Origin: an uncultured Alphaproteobacteria bacterium
Lineage (GTDB): Bacteria > Pseudomonadota > Alphaproteobacteria > Rhizobiales > Afifellaceae
DNA length: 64,000 bases
Reading direction: 5' to 3'
Assembly: GCA_963778625.1 (NCBI GenBank)
Contig: CAVZVB010000014.1
Span: forward strand, 340,849-404,848
Part shown: piece after piece, positions 21,034 to 32,807 of the stretch
How the letters are laid out: each line of letters starts with the position of its first letter
Numbering within the stretch: the stretch's first letter is position 1
The notes under the pieces: generated by a model
The model's input: only the letters and a program-made list of their open reading frames with translations
Told to the model about the DNA's origin: nothing
Databases searched by the model: none
Made by a program: the position numbers and the translations under genes

Positions 21034-22806
21034 CTAGACGAGCGCCTTGCCGCCGGCGAAGGACTCCGCCACGACCGCCTCGTCGGTCGCCTCGGCCGGC
21101 AGCAGCATCTCGTTGTGCGCCTTGCCCGACGGGATCATCGGGAAGCAGTTCTCCAGATTGGCCACGCGGCAGTCGAAGAGCACGGGCTTCTTCACCTTGA
21201 TCATCTCGTCGATGGCGCCGTCGAGGTCCGCCGGGTGCTCGGCGCGCAAGCCGACGCAGCCATAGGCCTCGGCGAGCTTCACGAAGTCCGGCAGCGAGTC
21301 CGTGTAGGAGTGCGACAGGCGGTTGCCGTGCAGAAGCTGCTGCCACTGCCTGACCATGCCCATGTACTGGTTGTTCAGGATGAATATCTTGATCGGCAGA
21401 TCGTGCTGAACGGCGGTCGACATCTCCTGCATCGTCATCAGCACCGAGGCGTCGCCGGCAATGTCGATGACGAGGCTCTTCGGGTGCGCCACCTGCACGC
21501 CGACCGCGGCCGGCAGGCCGTAGCCCATGGTGCCGAGGCCGCCGGAGGTCATCCAGCGGTTCGGCTCCTCGAAGCGATAGAACTGCGCCGCCCACATCTG
21601 GTGCTGGCCGACCTCGGTGGTGATGTAGACGTCGCGGTCCTTGGTCGCCTGATAGAGGCGCTGGATGGCGTATTGCGGCATGATCGTGCGTTCGGAAGGC
21701 CGGTAGGCGAGCGAGTTCCGCGCCCGCCAGCGCGCGATCTGATCCCACCACTTGCGTGTCGCCTTTTCGCGCGGCTTGCCGACCTCCTTCTTCCAGACGA
21801 TCAGCATGTCCTCCATGACCTGCGCGGCATCGCCGATGATCGGCACGTCGACGCGGATGTTCTTGTTGATGGAGGATGCGTCGACGTCGACATGGATCTT
21901 GCGCGAGCCGGGCGAGAAGGCGTCGGTGCGCCCGGTGATGCGGTCGTCGAAGCGCGCGCCGATGCAGATCATCACGTCGCAATCGTGCATCGCCATGTTG
22001 GCTTCGTAGGTGCCGTGCATGCCGAGCATGCCGAGCCAGTTCTCGCCGGAGGCGGGATAGGCGCCGAGGCCCATCAGCGTGGAGGTGATCGGAAAGCCGG
22101 TCGCCGCGACGAGCTCGCGCAGGAGCTGGCTCGCCCTCGGACCGGCATTGATGACGCCGCCGCCGGTATAGAAGACCGGGCGCTCGGCGCGCGCCATCAG
22201 CGCGACGGCATGGCGGATCGCCTCTGCCGAGCCCTTCCCGGCCGGGCGATAGCCGGTATGCCCGCGGCGGACCTCCTTCGGCCCCCAATACGTGCCCTTG
22301 GCGAACTGCACATCCTTCGGGATGTCGACGACGACCGGACCCGGCCGCCCCGTCGTCGCAACGTAGAACGCCTCGTGCAGAACGCGCGCGAGGTCGTTCA
22401 CGTCCTTCACCAGCCAATTGTGCTTGGTGCAGGGACGCGTGATGCCGACCGTGTCGCATTCCTGGAAGGCGTCGGAGCCGATCAGATGCGTCGGCACCTG
22501 CGCCGTGATGCACACGAGCGGAATGGAATCCATCATCGCGTCGGTCAGCGCCGTCACCATGTTGGTGGCGCCCGGACCGGAGGTGACGAGCACCACGCCG
22601 GGCTTGCCCGACGAGCGGGCATAGCCCTCCGCCGCGTGCCCGCCGCCCTGCTCGTGGCGGACCAGGATGTGCTTCACCTTCTCCTGCTGGATCAGCGCGT
22701 CGTAGATCGGAAGTGCCGCACCCCCCGGATATCCGAAAAGGTGCTCCACGCCCTGATCGACAAGCGCTCTTATGACCATCTCGGCGCCGGTCATCTGCTC
22801 TGGCAT
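21034..22806 (-). CDS. ilvI: acetolactate synthase large subunit (biosynthetic type)
   Basis: MPEQMTGAEMVIRALVDQGVEHLFGYPGGAALPIYDALIQQEKVKHILVRHEQGGGHAAEGYARSSGKPGVVLVTSGPGATN... GAGGGG RBS. Intact. Confidence 0.95.
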   Translation of the reverse strand: MPEQMTGAEMVIRALVDQGVEHLFGYPGGAALPIYDALIQQEKVKHILVRHEQGGGHAAEGYARSSGKPGVVLVTSGPGATNMVTALTDAMMDSIPLVCITAQVPTHLIGSDAFQECDTVGITRPCTKHNWLVKDVNDLARVLHEAFYVATTGRPGPVVVDIPKDVQFAKGTYWGPKEVRRGHTGYRPAGKGSAEAIRHAVALMARAERPVFYTGGGVINAGPRASQLLRELVAATGFPITSTLMGLGAYPASGENWLGMLGMHGTYEANMAMHDCDVMICIGARFDDRITGRTDAFSPGSRKIHVDVDASSINKNIRVDVPIIGDAAQVMEDMLIVWKKEVGKPREKATRKWWDQIARWRARNSLAYRPSERTIMPQYAIQRLYQATKDRDVYITTEVGQHQMWAAQFYRFEEPNRWMTSGGLGTMGYGLPAAVGVQVAHPKSLVIDIAGDASVLMTMQEMSTAVQHDLPIKIFILNNQYMGMVRQWQQLLHGNRLSHSYTDSLPDFVKLAEAYGCVGLRAEHPADLDGAIDEMIKVKKPVLFDCRVANLENCFPMIPSGKAHNEMLLPAEATDEAVVAESFAGGKALV

Positions 22807-22841
22807 TCCCCTCACTCCAGATTCGGGCGCGTCCGCCCCGG

Positions 22842-22870
22842 AACAACAAAAAAGGGCCCCGACGGGACCC
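22842..22870 (-). terminator. terminator-like hairpin plus U-tract in the ilvI 5' leader (putative attenuator)
   Basis: Minus strand reads GGGTCCCGTCGGGGCCCTTTTTTGTTGTT and ends ~35 nt upstream of the ilvI ATG. A 16-codon ORF (MKRELIVKLRTAGAAR, ~22901-22951) lies just upstream. Confidence 0.45.
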
Positions 22871-23147
22871 TTGCGACGCGCACCACCGATCGCGGCAACT
22901 CTAGCGAGCCGCCCCGGCGGTGCGCAACTTTACGATAAGCTCACGCTTCATGGCACGGGTCTTTTAGCGGCGCGCAGTTGTTGCGGTCAAGCGCCGAGAT
23001 GCCGGGCCGCGAGCGAACGCAGAACCATCAAAGCCAAGAAAGCGTCACCCTCCATGCTTGCTTTCTCGCTCGAAGCTTTACGACTTCCTTAGCGGATTCG
23101 GCCTATCTATCGAATTCCACCAAACGCAGAAAAGCGTGTGCCCATCG

Positions 23148-25113
23148 ATGCTTAACAGGGGCGAAGACGCGGCTGGCTCGGGCAAGCTCGCAGGCGCTCG
23201 CGCGCGCGCCGCCGGATTCCTGCTGGGGGCCGCCGCGATGGCGGTCGCGGCTTCCGCCTATGTCCTCGCTCCACCCTCGCCCGGCGTCGACCTCATCGCC
23301 TTTGCGGTCTGCTGGCTGCTTGCCATCGCGATCATCGCCGCCGCCTGCTTCCTCACCGTGAAGTACGACCGCGCGCGACTGGCGCTCGCCGAGGCGGAAG
23401 CAGAAATCAGCTCTACAGAGCACGACCGCGACATGCAGATCGCCCGCTTCTCCGTCGCGATCAACAACATGTCGCAGGGCCTGTGCATGTTCGGCCCCGA
23501 CCGCCGGTTGCTCGTCTCCAACACGCGCTACGCGGACCTCTACCGGATTCCGCACGACAAAGTCCGACCCGGCATGAGCCTTGACGAGATCGTCGACAAC
23601 CGAATCGCCGCCGGCAACCATCCGTCGATGGGCGAACCGGCGCTGTTTGCGCGCTTGGCGGAGATCGTGGAGCGCGGCGAGCCCGCGGAGACGATCATCG
23701 AGCAGGAGGACGGCCACGTGTTCCTGCTCGGCTACGTGCCGCTCAGCGACGGGGGATGGGTCGCGACGCATCAGGACATCACCGACCGGCGCGAAGCGGA
23801 AGCGAAGATCGCCTTCATGGTCCGCCACGATTCGCTGACCCGCCTGCCGAACCGCGTGGCCTTTCGCGACCAACTCGAAAAAGCGCTCGCCGGTCTCGGT
23901 GAGGGTGATGGCGTCGCCATCCTCTTTCTCGATCTCGACCGTTTCAAGAGCATCAACGACACGGTCGGCCATCATGTCGGCGACCTGTTGCTTTGCGAGG
24001 TCGCGATGCGATTGCGGAGCTGTGTGCGCGAAGCCGACATGGTGGCGCGGCTGAGCGGCGACGAATTCGCCATCGTGCAAATGGGTGGCGCGGGCCAGCC
24101 TGGTCGAAGCGACGGCGCTCGCTCGTCGCATCATCGAGGCGGTCGGCGCCCCGTGCAATCTCGACGGCCACCAAGTGGTGGTCGACGCCAGCATCGGAAT
24201 TGCGATTGCACCCGGCGACGGCGCCGACGCCCACCGGCTCATGAAGAACGCCGACATGGCGCTCTACCGGGCGAAGACTGACGGCCGCGCGACGTATCGC
24301 TTCTTCGAGCCGGAGATGGACGCGCGCATGCAGGCGCGGCGGGCGCTTGAAGCGGACCTCAGGGCCGCGATCGCATCAAACGAGTTCGAGCTGCACTACC
24401 AGGCGATCGTCAATCTCGCCACCGGCCGGATCCAGGGATTTGAGGCGCTGCTGCGCTGGCAGCATCCCGTCCGCGGCCCTATCGCGCCGGCCGACTTCAT
24501 CCCGGTCGCCGAAGAGACGGGACTCATCGTGCCGCTCGGCGAGTGGGTGGCGCGGCAGGCCTGCATGGAAGCAGCCCAATGGCCGGAGGACGTGAAGGTC
24601 GCGATCAACCTGTCGCCGGTGCAGGTTCGCAGCAGCAACTTCGTTCCCGTGATAACGGCAGCGCTTGCGGAATCGGGCCTTGCCCCCAACCGGCTGGAGC
24701 TGGAGATCACCGAGACCGTTCTCCTGCAGGATAGCGAGGGGACGCTCAGCACGCTGCATCAGCTGCGCGACCTCGGCGCGCGCATCTCGATGGACGATTT
24801 CGGGACCGGCTATTCGTCGCTGAGCTATCTCAGGAAATTCCCCTTCGACAAGATCAAGATCGACCGCTCTTTCATCCGCGACCTGGCGAAACACGAAGAC
24901 AGCATCGCCATCGTCCGCGCGGTCGCGGCGCTCGGCAAGAGCCTCGGCATAACGACGACCGCGGAGGGCGTGGAGACCGCTGAGCAGTTGGAGCGCGTAC
25001 GAATCGAGGGCTGCACCGAGGTGCAGGGCTATTTCTTCGGCCTGCCGCGGCCGGCGGCGGAGGTCGCGCAGCTCCTTTCCGACCGCATCGCCTCGCGGCG
25101 GGCCGTCGCTTGA
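23148..25113 (+). CDS. membrane-anchored PAS-GGDEF-EAL c-di-GMP turnover protein (frameshift ~24090)
   Basis: ORF 23058..24281 (TM helices, PAS, GGDEF with RLSGDEFAI) joins ORF 24085..25113 (EAL: [44 protein letters not shown]). Confidence 0.85.
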
Positions 25114-25286
25114 CTGCGCCGTCACGGCGCTCGTCCGCGCCTCGCGACTGGAAGCCGATACAGCGCGTCCGCCGCGCCGTTCAGCACGCCGCGAAACACC
25201 TTGTTAAGCCTCCCACCTAACCTCGTCTTCACGGCTTTCGCGTCTATTCGACCAGGAAAACTTATCGCATTTTTGAGGGGTCCCCC

Positions 25287-27818
25287 GTGTTCCTCGCCGG
25301 CAACCAGGTTCTGCAGAGCCACGATCCGAAGCTCGTTCTGCTCGCGACCGCGATCTGCGCGCTCGGAAGCTTCATCACGCTCTTCCTCTTCGCGCAGGCG
25401 CGCGAGATGCACGGCCAGGGCCGCAGCGGCTGGCTGTTCCTCTCCGGCTTCTCCGCCGGCGCGGTCATGTGGACCACGCATTTCGTGGCGCTGCTCGCCT
25501 TCCAGCCCGACATCAGCCTCGGCTACGACCCGGCGCTGACCGGCGGCGCGTTCTTCGTCGCGCGTGCTGCTTGCCACGATCGGCATGGTGATCGCCGCCT
25601 ACGGGCCGGGCCACGGCGGGGCTGGTCGGCGGCGGCGTCGTCGGCCTGGCCGCCGTCGGCATGCATTTCACCGCCATGGCGAGCCTTCGAGATCGCCGGC
25701 AAGATCGACTGGAACCCGACGCTGCTCTTCATGGGCGCGGTGCTTTGCGTCGCCTGCGCGATGCTTGCCATCGGCCGCGCCCGGAACGAAGGGCGCAACG
25801 TCCAGATCATCGCGCCGCTGCTGCTCGCCGCCGGCATCTCCATCATGCACTTCGTCGGCATGGCGGCGATCACGATCACGCCGAACACGACGATCCCGAT
25901 CCCGCCGAAGACGATCGACCCGACCATCCTCGGCTATTTCGTCGCCGCCATGGTGATGCTGCTGGTCGGCACCGGCGTCGCCACGACGATGATCGCGCGC
26001 GGCGCGCGCAAGGAAGCGCAGACGCAGCTCAAGAACATCGCCAATGCCTCGGTCGAGGGGCTCATCCTCACCGACGGCACGACGATCCTCGACTTCAACG
26101 AGAGCGTCCGCGCGCTGGTCGGCCCGATCTGTGCGGCAAGGCTCGTCAACACGCCGATCTGGGAAATCCTCGACTATACCGGCGACCGCGATGCGGAGCG
26201 CTTCGAGGCGCAGCTTCGCACCGACGACGGTCCGATTCCCGGTCGAAGTCATCTCGCGCAACACCGAAGCGGAAGGCGCGGTGCGCAGGATCTTCGCCGT
26301 CCGCGACCTGCGCGAGCGGCGCGCCGCCGAGCAGCGCATCCTCTTCCTCGCGCATTTCGACACGCTGACCGGCTTGCCGAACCGCGCCTCCTTCCAGGAT
26401 CGGCTGGAGAACGACATCGCCTCCATGAAGGCGCGCGACGGCGAGCTGGCGCTGATGATCGTCGATCTCGACCGCTTCAAGGAGATCAACGACGTGCACG
26501 GCCACGCCGCCGGCGACGAGCTCCTGAAGGCGACGGCGTCGCGCATCACCGCGCTTCTCTCGCACACCGAGTTCGCCGCGCGCCTCGGCGGCGACGAGTT
26601 CGTCATCGTGCAGACCGGGCGCGCACCAGCCGGCCTCCGCCGCGCGCCTCGCCGACAAGCTGCTCGAGGTCTTCTCCAAGCCGGTGCTTCTGTCGGGCCA
26701 GCCCTTCCATGTCGGGCTCACCATCGGCGTCGCGGTCTATCCGCGCGACGGCGACGACACCCGCAAGCTCCTCGCCAATGCCGACCTCGCGCTCTATCGC
26801 GCCAAGGAGCACGGCCGCGCCCGCGCCTGCTTCTTCACGCCCGACATGGACGAGACGGTGCGCGAGCGGCGCATCCTGGCGCAGCAGCTGACGCAGGCGA
26901 TCGAGAACGACGAGCTTGAGGTGCACTACCAGGCGCAGGCGTCGATCGCGACCGGCGAGATCATCGGCTTCGAGGCGCTCGCCCGCTGGAACCATCCGAC
27001 CCACGGCTATATCGCGCCCGTCGCAGTTCATCCCGATCGCCGAGGAGACCGACCTGATCCTGCATCTCGGCGAATGGATCCTGCGCAAGGTGTGCAAGGA
27101 GGCGGCGCGGCTGGACGCAAGCCCTACACGGTCGCCGTCAACATCTCGCCGATCCAGTTCAAGCTCGCCAACCTGCCGGAGCTGATCCACGAAGTCCTGA
27201 TCGAGACCGGCATGCCGCCGGCGCCGGCTGGAGCTTGAGATCACCGAGAGCGCGCTGATCGAGGACCTGCAGCGCACGCTCGACATGCTGCGGCGGATCA
27301 AGGCGCTCGGCGTCGCGATCGCCATGGACGATTTCGGCACCGGCTATTCGTCGCTGTCGACGCTGCAGGCCTTCCCGTTCGACAAGCTCAAGATCGACAA
27401 GAGCTTCGTCGACAAGATCGGCTCGCGGCAGCAGGCGACGGTGATCGTGACCGCGGTGCTCGGCCTCGGCCGCAGCCTCGACATCCCGGTGCTCGCCGAG
27501 GGCGTGGAGAACGAGGAGCAGCGCGAATTCCTGAACAGCGAGGCCTGCGCGCAGGCGCAGGGCTACCTCTTCGGCCGGCCGGCGCCGCTCGCCGAGATCC
27601 GCCATCTCGTCTACGCTCCGAAGGGCAGCAAGACGGCGCTCAAGAGGATCGACGCCGACGCGGTCGAATGCTGGCAGGCGCGCGCGAGCTCGTCGCGGTC
27701 CGACCGCACCATCGATGACGCGCATCGGTTCCTCCGACGCTGCGACGGGGCGGAACCACCTGCATGCTTAGCCGGCCATCCGCGGCCAGTCCGGCATCTG
27801 GTTGCGGAACCAGGTTGA
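25287..27818 (+). CDS. MHYT-domain PAS-GGDEF-EAL sensor protein (multiply frameshifted)
   Basis: N-terminal MHYT-type TM domain ([29 protein letters not shown]), a GGDEF domain ([10 protein letters not shown]) and an EAL domain ([43 protein letters not shown]), spread over five overlapping ORFs. Confidence 0.8.
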
Positions 27819-28701
27819 CTGCCGCTTGGCGTAGCGCCGCGTCTCCGTCTTCGCCGCCGCGACCGCGGCATCGAGCGGAGTCTCGCCGCGGAGATAGGCC
27901 GCGAATGCTCGGACGCCGATCGCCTTCATGGCCGGCAAGTCGCGCGTCGAGGCCGCGCAAGCAGCGCCCTCACCTCTTCCAGCGCGCCGGCTTCGACCAT
28001 GCGGTCGAAGCGCGCCTCGATCCGCCGGTGAAGGGTCTCGGCGCGGTCCGGCTCGAGCACGAAGCGCGCCGCGTCGGCCGACGGGAAGGAGCGGCGGCAT
28101 GCTCTTTTCCCGCTGCCACTCCGAAAGCGGCCGTCCCGGTCGCCTCGAGCACCTCAAGCGCGCGCAGGATGCGCTGCGGGTCGCTCGGTGCGGATCGCCG
28201 CCGCGGACGCCGGGTCGCGCGCTTCGAGCGCGCGCATGCAGCCGCGCTGCGCCCTCTGCCGCGAGCCGCGCCGTCCAATGCGGCGCGGATTTCCGCGCGG
28301 GATCGCGGGAACGCTGGCGAGGCCTTGCGTCAGCGCCTTGAAATAAAGGCCGGTGCCGCCGACCACGATTGGCAAGCGCGCCCGCACCTCTCGGCCTCGC
28401 TCAAGCGCGCCCCTGAGCGTCGGCGAGCCAGGCCGCCGACCGAGTAGCGCGTCTCGGGCGGAACGTGCGCCGTAGAGCCGGTGCGGCACCCGCGCTTCCT
28501 CCGCCTCGCCCGGCCGCGCGGTGATGACGCGAAGCGCGTCGTAGACCTGCATCGCGTCGGCGTTGACGATCCACGCCTTCGCGGCCGCGCGCCGCCGCGT
28601 CCTCGGCGAGGCGCATGCGCCGCTGCCGACTTGCCGCTCGCGGTCGGCCCGGCTATCAGCACGGCGCGCGCCGACCCGATTGCGTCGAACGAAATCTCCA
28701 T
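27768..28701 (-). CDS. miaA: tRNA dimethylallyltransferase (multiply frameshifted)
   Basis: Segments [64 protein letters not shown] and [45 protein letters not shown] lie in four frames. Confidence 0.8.
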
Positions 28702-29561
28702 GCGCCTTTGTCCTATCGCTCATCGCCGCCAGAATCGAAGGCGCCGCTCGGCACCGCCCGACGTTGAAAGCGCGCGCGCAGCGCGCTCAAGCAAGCCGGT
28801 GCCGCACCCGGCGCGCCGGTGTGGCTTTCGGCCGGACGAGGCCTGCGACGATTCCCTTCGACGGCGATGCCGGCGCGGGCGCGCGACGCGGCGCGCGCCG
28901 CGCTTGCCGGCCGCCCGCTCGACGTGAACGTCGTCCGGCGGAAGACCGCCGCAAGAAGCTCCTCCTCGCCGACATGGATTCCACCATGATCGGGCAGGAA
29001 TGCATCGACGAGCTCGCGGCCGAGCGTGGGCCTGCGCGACGAGGTCGCGGCGATCACCGAGCGCGCCATGCGCGGCGAGATCGCCTTCGCGCCGGCGCTG
29101 CGCGAGCGCGTCGCGCTGCTGCGGGGCCTGCCGGCGAGCGTCGTCGGAAAGGTGCTCGCGACCCGGATCACCATCACGCCCGGCGCGACGCACGCTGGTC
29201 GCGACGATGCGCGCCGCGGGCGCGCACACGACGCTCGTCTCCGGCGGCTTCACCGCCTTCGTCGAGCCGGTGGCGCGGCGGATCGGCTTCGACGAGACGC
29301 GCGCGAACACGCTGCTTGCCGAGGGCGGACGTCTTCACTGGCGCGCGTCGCCGAGCCGATCCTCGGCGCGGAGGCGAAGGAGGCGGCGCTGCGCGGACGC
29401 TGACCGACGCGCTTGGCCTTGAGCCGGATGAGACGCTCGCCGTCGGCGACGGCGCCAACGACGCCGGCGATGGTGCGGCGCGCCGGGCTCGGCGTCGCCT
29501 ACCACGCCAAGCCGGCGCTGCGCGCCGTCGCCGACGCCGACGATCGACCACGCCGATCTGA
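28700..29561 (+). CDS. serB: phosphoserine phosphatase (multiply frameshifted; 5' end uncertain)
   Basis: Segments [106 protein letters not shown] and [17 protein letters not shown] lie in three frames. Confidence 0.75.
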
Positions 29562-29674
29562 GCGGAATACTTTTCCTGCAGGGCTTTTCCGCGCGAGGAG
29601 TTCGTCGGCGGCTAGCGCTGCCCCGCGACTTTTAAAGTCGGCCGAACGGAGGCCCACGACCAGCAACGCCGCGG

Positions 29675-31427
29675 CTACGGCGCGTCCTCGAAGCGCAGCG
29701 ACACGAAGCGCAGCTTGTTGTCGGTGCCGGAGACGAGCAGCATCACCGAGCGGCGGCCCTCCGACTTCAGCTCCTCGATGCGGGCGACCACGTCCTCCGG
29801 AGTCGAGACGTCGGGCTGGTTGACCTGCACGATGACCTCGCCGGGCTTCAGGCTCTTCGCCTCCGCCTCGCTGCCAGGATCGACGGCGGTCGACAAGCAC
29901 GCCTTCGACGCTGCCGTCGATCGAGAATGCCTTGCGCGCCTCGTCGGTGATCGCGCCGAGCGTCAGGCCGAACATCTGCGCCGCGTCGTCGGGCGGCGTC
30001 GCAGAGTCGCCCTGTTGCTCGCCCGGCGAAAGCGACGCCTTCTGCACCGGCTCGTCCTGCAACAGCCCGACCTCGATCGAGAGCGTGACGCGCTCGCCGT
30101 CGCGAATCACGACCAAGTCGACGGTGTCGCCGGGCGGCGTGTCGGCGACGAGCCGCGGCAGCGCGCGCATCGTGTCGACCTTCTTGCCGTTGAACTCGAC
30201 GACGACGTCGCCTTCCTTGATCGCCGGCCTTCGCCGCCGGACCGTCCGCCGTCATCCCGGCGATGAAGGCGCCCGTCGCGCGGTCCATGCCGAGCCCCTC
30301 GGCCACGTCGTCGGTCACGTCCTGGATGCGCACGCCGATCCAGCCGCGCCGGACCTCGCCGAAGCGGCGCAGCTGCTCGATAACCGGCACGGCGATCTCG
30401 GAGGGCACGGAGAAGCCGATGCCGATCGAGCCGCCGGTCGGCGACATGATCGCCGTGTTGATGCCGACCACCTCGCCTTCGATGTTGAAGAGCGGCCCGC
30501 CGGAATTGCCGCGGTTGATGGAGGCGTCGGTCTGGATGTAGTGGTCGTAGGGACCGGAATTGATGTCGCGGTCGAGCGCCGAGACGATGCCGGCGGTGAC
30601 CGTGCCGCCGAACCCGAACGGGTTGCCGATCGCCAGCACCCAGTCGCCGACGCGCAGCTTGTCGGAGCGGCCGAATTCCGCCGCCTTCAAGCGGCGTCGG
30701 CGAATCCACCTTGAGAAGCGCGAGGTCGGTCTTGTCGTCGATGCCGACGACCTTGGCTCCAGTTTCTCCGCCGTTGGCGAAGTTGGCGACGATCTCGTCG
30801 GCGTCGGCGATCACGTGGTTGTTGGTGACGATCAGGCCGGACGGATCGATGACGAAGCCGGAGCCGAGCGACTGCACCGCCTGCGCGCCGTCGCGCCGTT
30901 GTTGTTGTCGAAGAAGTTGTCGAAGAAATCGTCGCCCGGGGCGGCGTTCGGTGGCTTGTCCTGGCCATCCGGCGTGCCTTGGTCGCTCGGAGCGTCCTGG
31001 CTGTTCGGCGCGTCCGGCGTCGGCGTCCGCCGCGAAATGGCGACGCGCTGCGAGGTCGAGATATAGACGACGGAGTCGAGCAGCTGCTCGGCGAGATCGG
31101 CGAAGGAGAAGACCGCGCCGTTGCTGGCGACGGGGATGCCGGGAGCGACCGACGTCGCCGCCCTCTCCGTCGGTTCCTCCTGGGCGGGAGGGTGACAACA
31201 GGATTGTCGCCCGGCAAGTGCGGCGCCGGCAGGATCGGCGGCGGCGGCGTGGTGGCTTCGGCCGGGGCGGCAGGCTCCGTCGCCGGCGGCTCGCTCTGCT
31301 GCACGGGGATCGCCCGCGCATGGGGGCGCAAGCCTTGCCACGGCCCGGCCGGCGCCGCCATTGCCGACACCGAGGCCGCGATCAGCCCGACCGCCAGGGC
31401 CCCCCGCCAGATCAAACCAAAGCTCAT
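29675..31427 (-). CDS. degP: periplasmic serine endoprotease DegP/DegQ (Do family, 2 PDZ) (multiply frameshifted)
   Basis: Signal peptide [24 protein letters not shown], a trypsin-like core ([18 protein letters not shown] ... [16 protein letters not shown] ... [21 protein letters not shown]) and two PDZ segments, spread over at least five ORF-track frames. Confidence 0.85.
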
Positions 31428-31507
31428 TTCCGAATCTCTCCGCCGAGACGCGACGGGATTTTGACGCAAATCCGGGCGAATGCACGGCCCGCCGCTTCAC
31501 ATTTGCT

Positions 31508-31693
31508 TCACCCGCGCACCAGCCAGACGAGCGCGACGCCGATCGCGGCCGATACTACGCCCGCAACCCTGAGCGTGTCTCCTGGCGATTGGATGACCTG
31601 CTGCGCCATGCGCTTCATCAGATCGGGAAAGAGCGCGTAAAGCGCCCCTTCCAATACAAGAACAAGCCCGAGCGCCGTGGCGATTTCGCTCAT
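31508..31693 (-). CDS. DUF2065 small membrane protein
   Basis: MSEIATALGLVLVLEGALYALFPDLMKRMAQQVIQSPGDTLRVAGVVSAAIGVALVWLVRG. The start overlaps the hflC stop (ATGA). Confidence 0.6.
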   Translation of the reverse strand: MSEIATALGLVLVLEGALYALFPDLMKRMAQQVIQSPGDTLRVAGVVSAAIGVALVWLVRG

Positions 31694-32807
31694 TGCGCCG
31701 GAGCGGGAGCGGCAGGTGCCGGCGCTCCGTCGGAGGCGCGGCGGTTCTGCCGCAGGCGTGGGCGGTTCTGCCGCAGGTGCCGGCGCCTCAGCGGCAGGCG
31801 CGGTCTCCGTAGAAGCTCCTTCGGTGCCGGTGCCGGCGCTGGGCTCTGCGGGCGCATTTTCAGGCGTGCCGGCTTCCGCCGGCATGCTCTCGGACGTGCC
31901 TCCTGAACCAGGCGCGGCACCACCGCTCGCGGTCGCGCCGGCGCGGTCGCTCTTGAAGAAGCGGAAGAACTCCGAGTCGGGCGAGAGGACGAGCGAGGTG
32001 TTGTTCGCCGGCAGCGCCTGCTCGTAGGCCCGCATCGAGCGATAAAACTCGAAGAAGGACGGATCGCGCTGATAGGCCTCGGCGAAGATGCGGCTGCGCT
32101 CCGCGTCGCCCTGGCCGCGCAGGATTTCCGCCTCGCGCTCCGCCTCCGCCACCGTCACCACCGCCTCGCGGTCGGCTTCGGCGCGGATGCGGGCGGCAAG
32201 CTCGGTGCCGCGGGCGCGAAGCTGCGCCGCCTCGGCCAGGCGCTCGGCGCGCATGCGCTCGAATGTCTGCTGCGACACTTCCGGCAGAAGGTCGGTGCGC
32301 TTGATGCGAACGTCGACGACCTCGATGCCGACTTCCGCGGTCAGCGGACGCAGCTGGTCCCTGACCTCCAGCATCATCTCGCCGCGCTGCTCCGAAAGCG
32401 CCGCCTCGAAGCTGCGCTGGCCGTAGACGCGGCGCAGCGCCGCGTCGAGCCGGGTGCGCATGTTCTCGCGCGCGATATCGAGGCTGCCCGACACGTTCTC
32501 GCGGAACTTGCGCGGGATCGGTGATCTTGAAGGCGACGAAGGCGTCGACGATGTAGCGCCGGCCGTCGCGCACCTGCACGCGGATGTCCTCAAGGTCGAA
32601 GCTGAGCAGCCGGTTCTCGATGATCTGAACCGTGTCGACGAAGTTCGTGGGCAGCTTGAAATAGATGCCGGGCTTCTGGATGACGCGCGTGATCTCGCCG
32701 AAGCGCAAGACCAGCGCCTGCTCGCGCGGATTGACGATGAAGACCGACGAATAGACGAGGAAGGCGACGATCGCGAGACCGATCAGGAGGATGGAAGCGC
32801 GTCTCAT
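31690..32807 (-). CDS. hflC: protease modulator HflC (frameshifted)
   Basis: N-terminus MRRASILLIGLAIVAFLVYSSVFIVNPREQALVLRFGEITRV in ORF 31860..34322. SPFH core in ORF 31508..32593. C-terminal Ala/Pro-rich tail ending ...PAPAPAQ* in ORF 31690..31923. Confidence 0.85.

Noticed and set aside
19520-22849. 1109-aa ORF on the minus strand
   Set aside because: Only its last 196 codons (ilvH) are real. The rest is an out-of-frame read-through across the eamA and ilvI region that happens to lack stops in this GC-rich DNA.
20389-22938. 849-aa plus-strand ORF
   Set aside because: Antisense to ilvI and eamA. Arg/Asp/His-rich nonsense translation typical of high-GC antisense frames.
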